In this document: positions 62,601-64,000 of the stretch, one piece after another | How the letters are laid out: each line of letters starts with the position of its first letter | Position numbering within the stretch: position 1 is the first letter of the stretch | Assembly (NCBI GenBank): GCA_048013815.1 | Contig: CM106585.1 | Location: 23,002,001-23,066,000, forward strand | Source of the DNA: Setoptus koraiensis | Taxonomy: Eukaryota; Animalia; Arthropoda | Direction: 5' to 3' | Length of the DNA: 64,000 nucleotides | Translations under genes and position numbers: made by a program | The notes under the pieces: model-generated | Told to the model about the DNA's origin: nothing | What the model saw: the letters and a program-made list of their open reading frames with translations, nothing else | Database searches by the model: none

Positions 62601-64000
62601 GTCAATCGCATAATTACATATGTAATAGTCAGTTGAGCTAAGCAACCATTGATGATTACATGTAAATATAAGACCATGATGCATTAATGATCTAATTGTG
62701 TCAGACAGACGCTTTATTCGGGCGCAAAAAAAAGCGATTGAACTTTTTTATTATTTGTTTGCAAATGAACTGAGTCACACTCCTCGGTTCCGAGTGAGAA
62801 TCTCCCCCTCAAGAATAACCAATCCGAAGGGGGACTTTTCGAAGAGTCCATATTTGCCGGGAGTGAGGCAGAGGAGATTCTCGGTAGATATGCAATCTAT
62901 ATAAACAAATTCATTTAATTCATTCCACCAGCAAGCTCCTATTTGTCTATTTGACTTGGAGCTAGTTCAAGAAATACTCGCAAAGGCGGCGCTTCTTTGA
63001 TTTCTTTTCGTTCCTCGAAGCGGCTCGAGAAGAGCAATTGGTGTCGGTCGGTGAGTGAGTGTGACCAACGCTAAAGAAACTGCCAACCACCCTAATGCAC
63101 CTAGCGTCAAAATTTTTTTCTCATGTCTGTTTCTTATGCAGTGAATATCAAGTTGAGTGAGCCAGCGTGTTGGCAGTGCTTTCACTGGCGTTAAACTTCG
63201 TGCGATGCCAGCACCCCTTGCGGATATCTCTCGAACTGGGTGCAAGTGCATGAGAAAAACATACCAACTGTTGCCAGTTGCACTTTCAGTTTATCAGTCT
63301 ATATCATGATTATTTACTATTTCACCACCGAAAAACAATTTATACCGTCCACATGAATCAAAAATCCACATTGAACCATCAGCACCGATATCGCTATCCG
63401 TGAGGGGAATTTTGTCCGGCCAAATCCGATACACAATTGGACAGGATGCAGTATTTGCCAATAGAAATTCTCTCTAGCCTCTCTAGCCGAAAACAACTGT
63501 GAGAAGATGAATTATAACAAAACAGACATGGTGTATGCAAAGAAAACTGCCACACGAATACATCTATACATTTATTATTGGAACATTGTGATTTGGAAGA
63601 GAAATCTTTCTCGGTTTTCAACAAACAATCTACTCATTTAAGTTACAGCAGAGTTGATCACGTGTCCAACTTATTGAGTTGACATTTGACGAAATCTCTA
63701 GTCCAAATATCAATGCAATGGTGAGATACTTGCGGGTCCATTTTCCCACCTATCGGTGACAGACCGGTCCAAAAAGGCGTAGTATATATCGACTGGCATT
63801 TAGCAAGCTACAGTTTTATTCGAATGTAGCTAAATAGGATGTAAAATACCTTGTGTAATCGTTACTACATAATAGTCTGTGCAAAAGGACAAAGTATCTA
63901 TGCCAGCCATAATTAATCGCAGCCAGGATTGACTTAGGTAAAGGAATATTTAGATCAAGCAAAAAGAGTTTCAAAGAGATTTACGGAGTAACCACCGTTA

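Noticed and set aside
62825-62845. GAAAAGTCCCC (minus) resembling RNase MRP CR-I
   Set aside because: No correctly spaced CR-V partner; the element is far too short.

Overview
Eukaryotic (arthropod) genomic DNA, probably a compact, intron-poor mite genome (inference from long single-exon genes, introns mostly 59-160 nt and very short intergenic gaps). 1-27 kb is gene-dense: a class IIA (rdgB-type) PITP domain, NOC4L, an FLVCR-family transporter, RBM12, GPCPD1, nucleobindin, TYW5, mitofusin/Marf, a short TTD14 and an intronless MASK/ANKHD1 carrying a 410-bp near-identical internal duplication. At 30.1-30.6 kb there is a small CaaX-box protein. 32-38 kb holds minus-strand exons for secreted G/N/Q/S/Y-rich low-complexity protein modules joined by phase-1 splice sites, one with a Tweedle-like motif. 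38-60 kb has no recognisable protein domain. It looks like the regulatory and 5' part of that locus: 8 perfect PAR-bZIP palindromes (TTACGTAA), a minus-strand TATA/Inr promoter at about 53.5 kb with a 45-aa small ORF, a phase-0 exon at 48 kb, a 17-nt microexon with an overlapping stop/start, strong TGGCCA enrichment, many short tandem repeats and several palindromes. No rRNA, tRNA, CRISPR array or recognisable transposon was seen. Splice models, family alignments and motif counts were done by eye or from memory and need RNA-seq and database confirmation.
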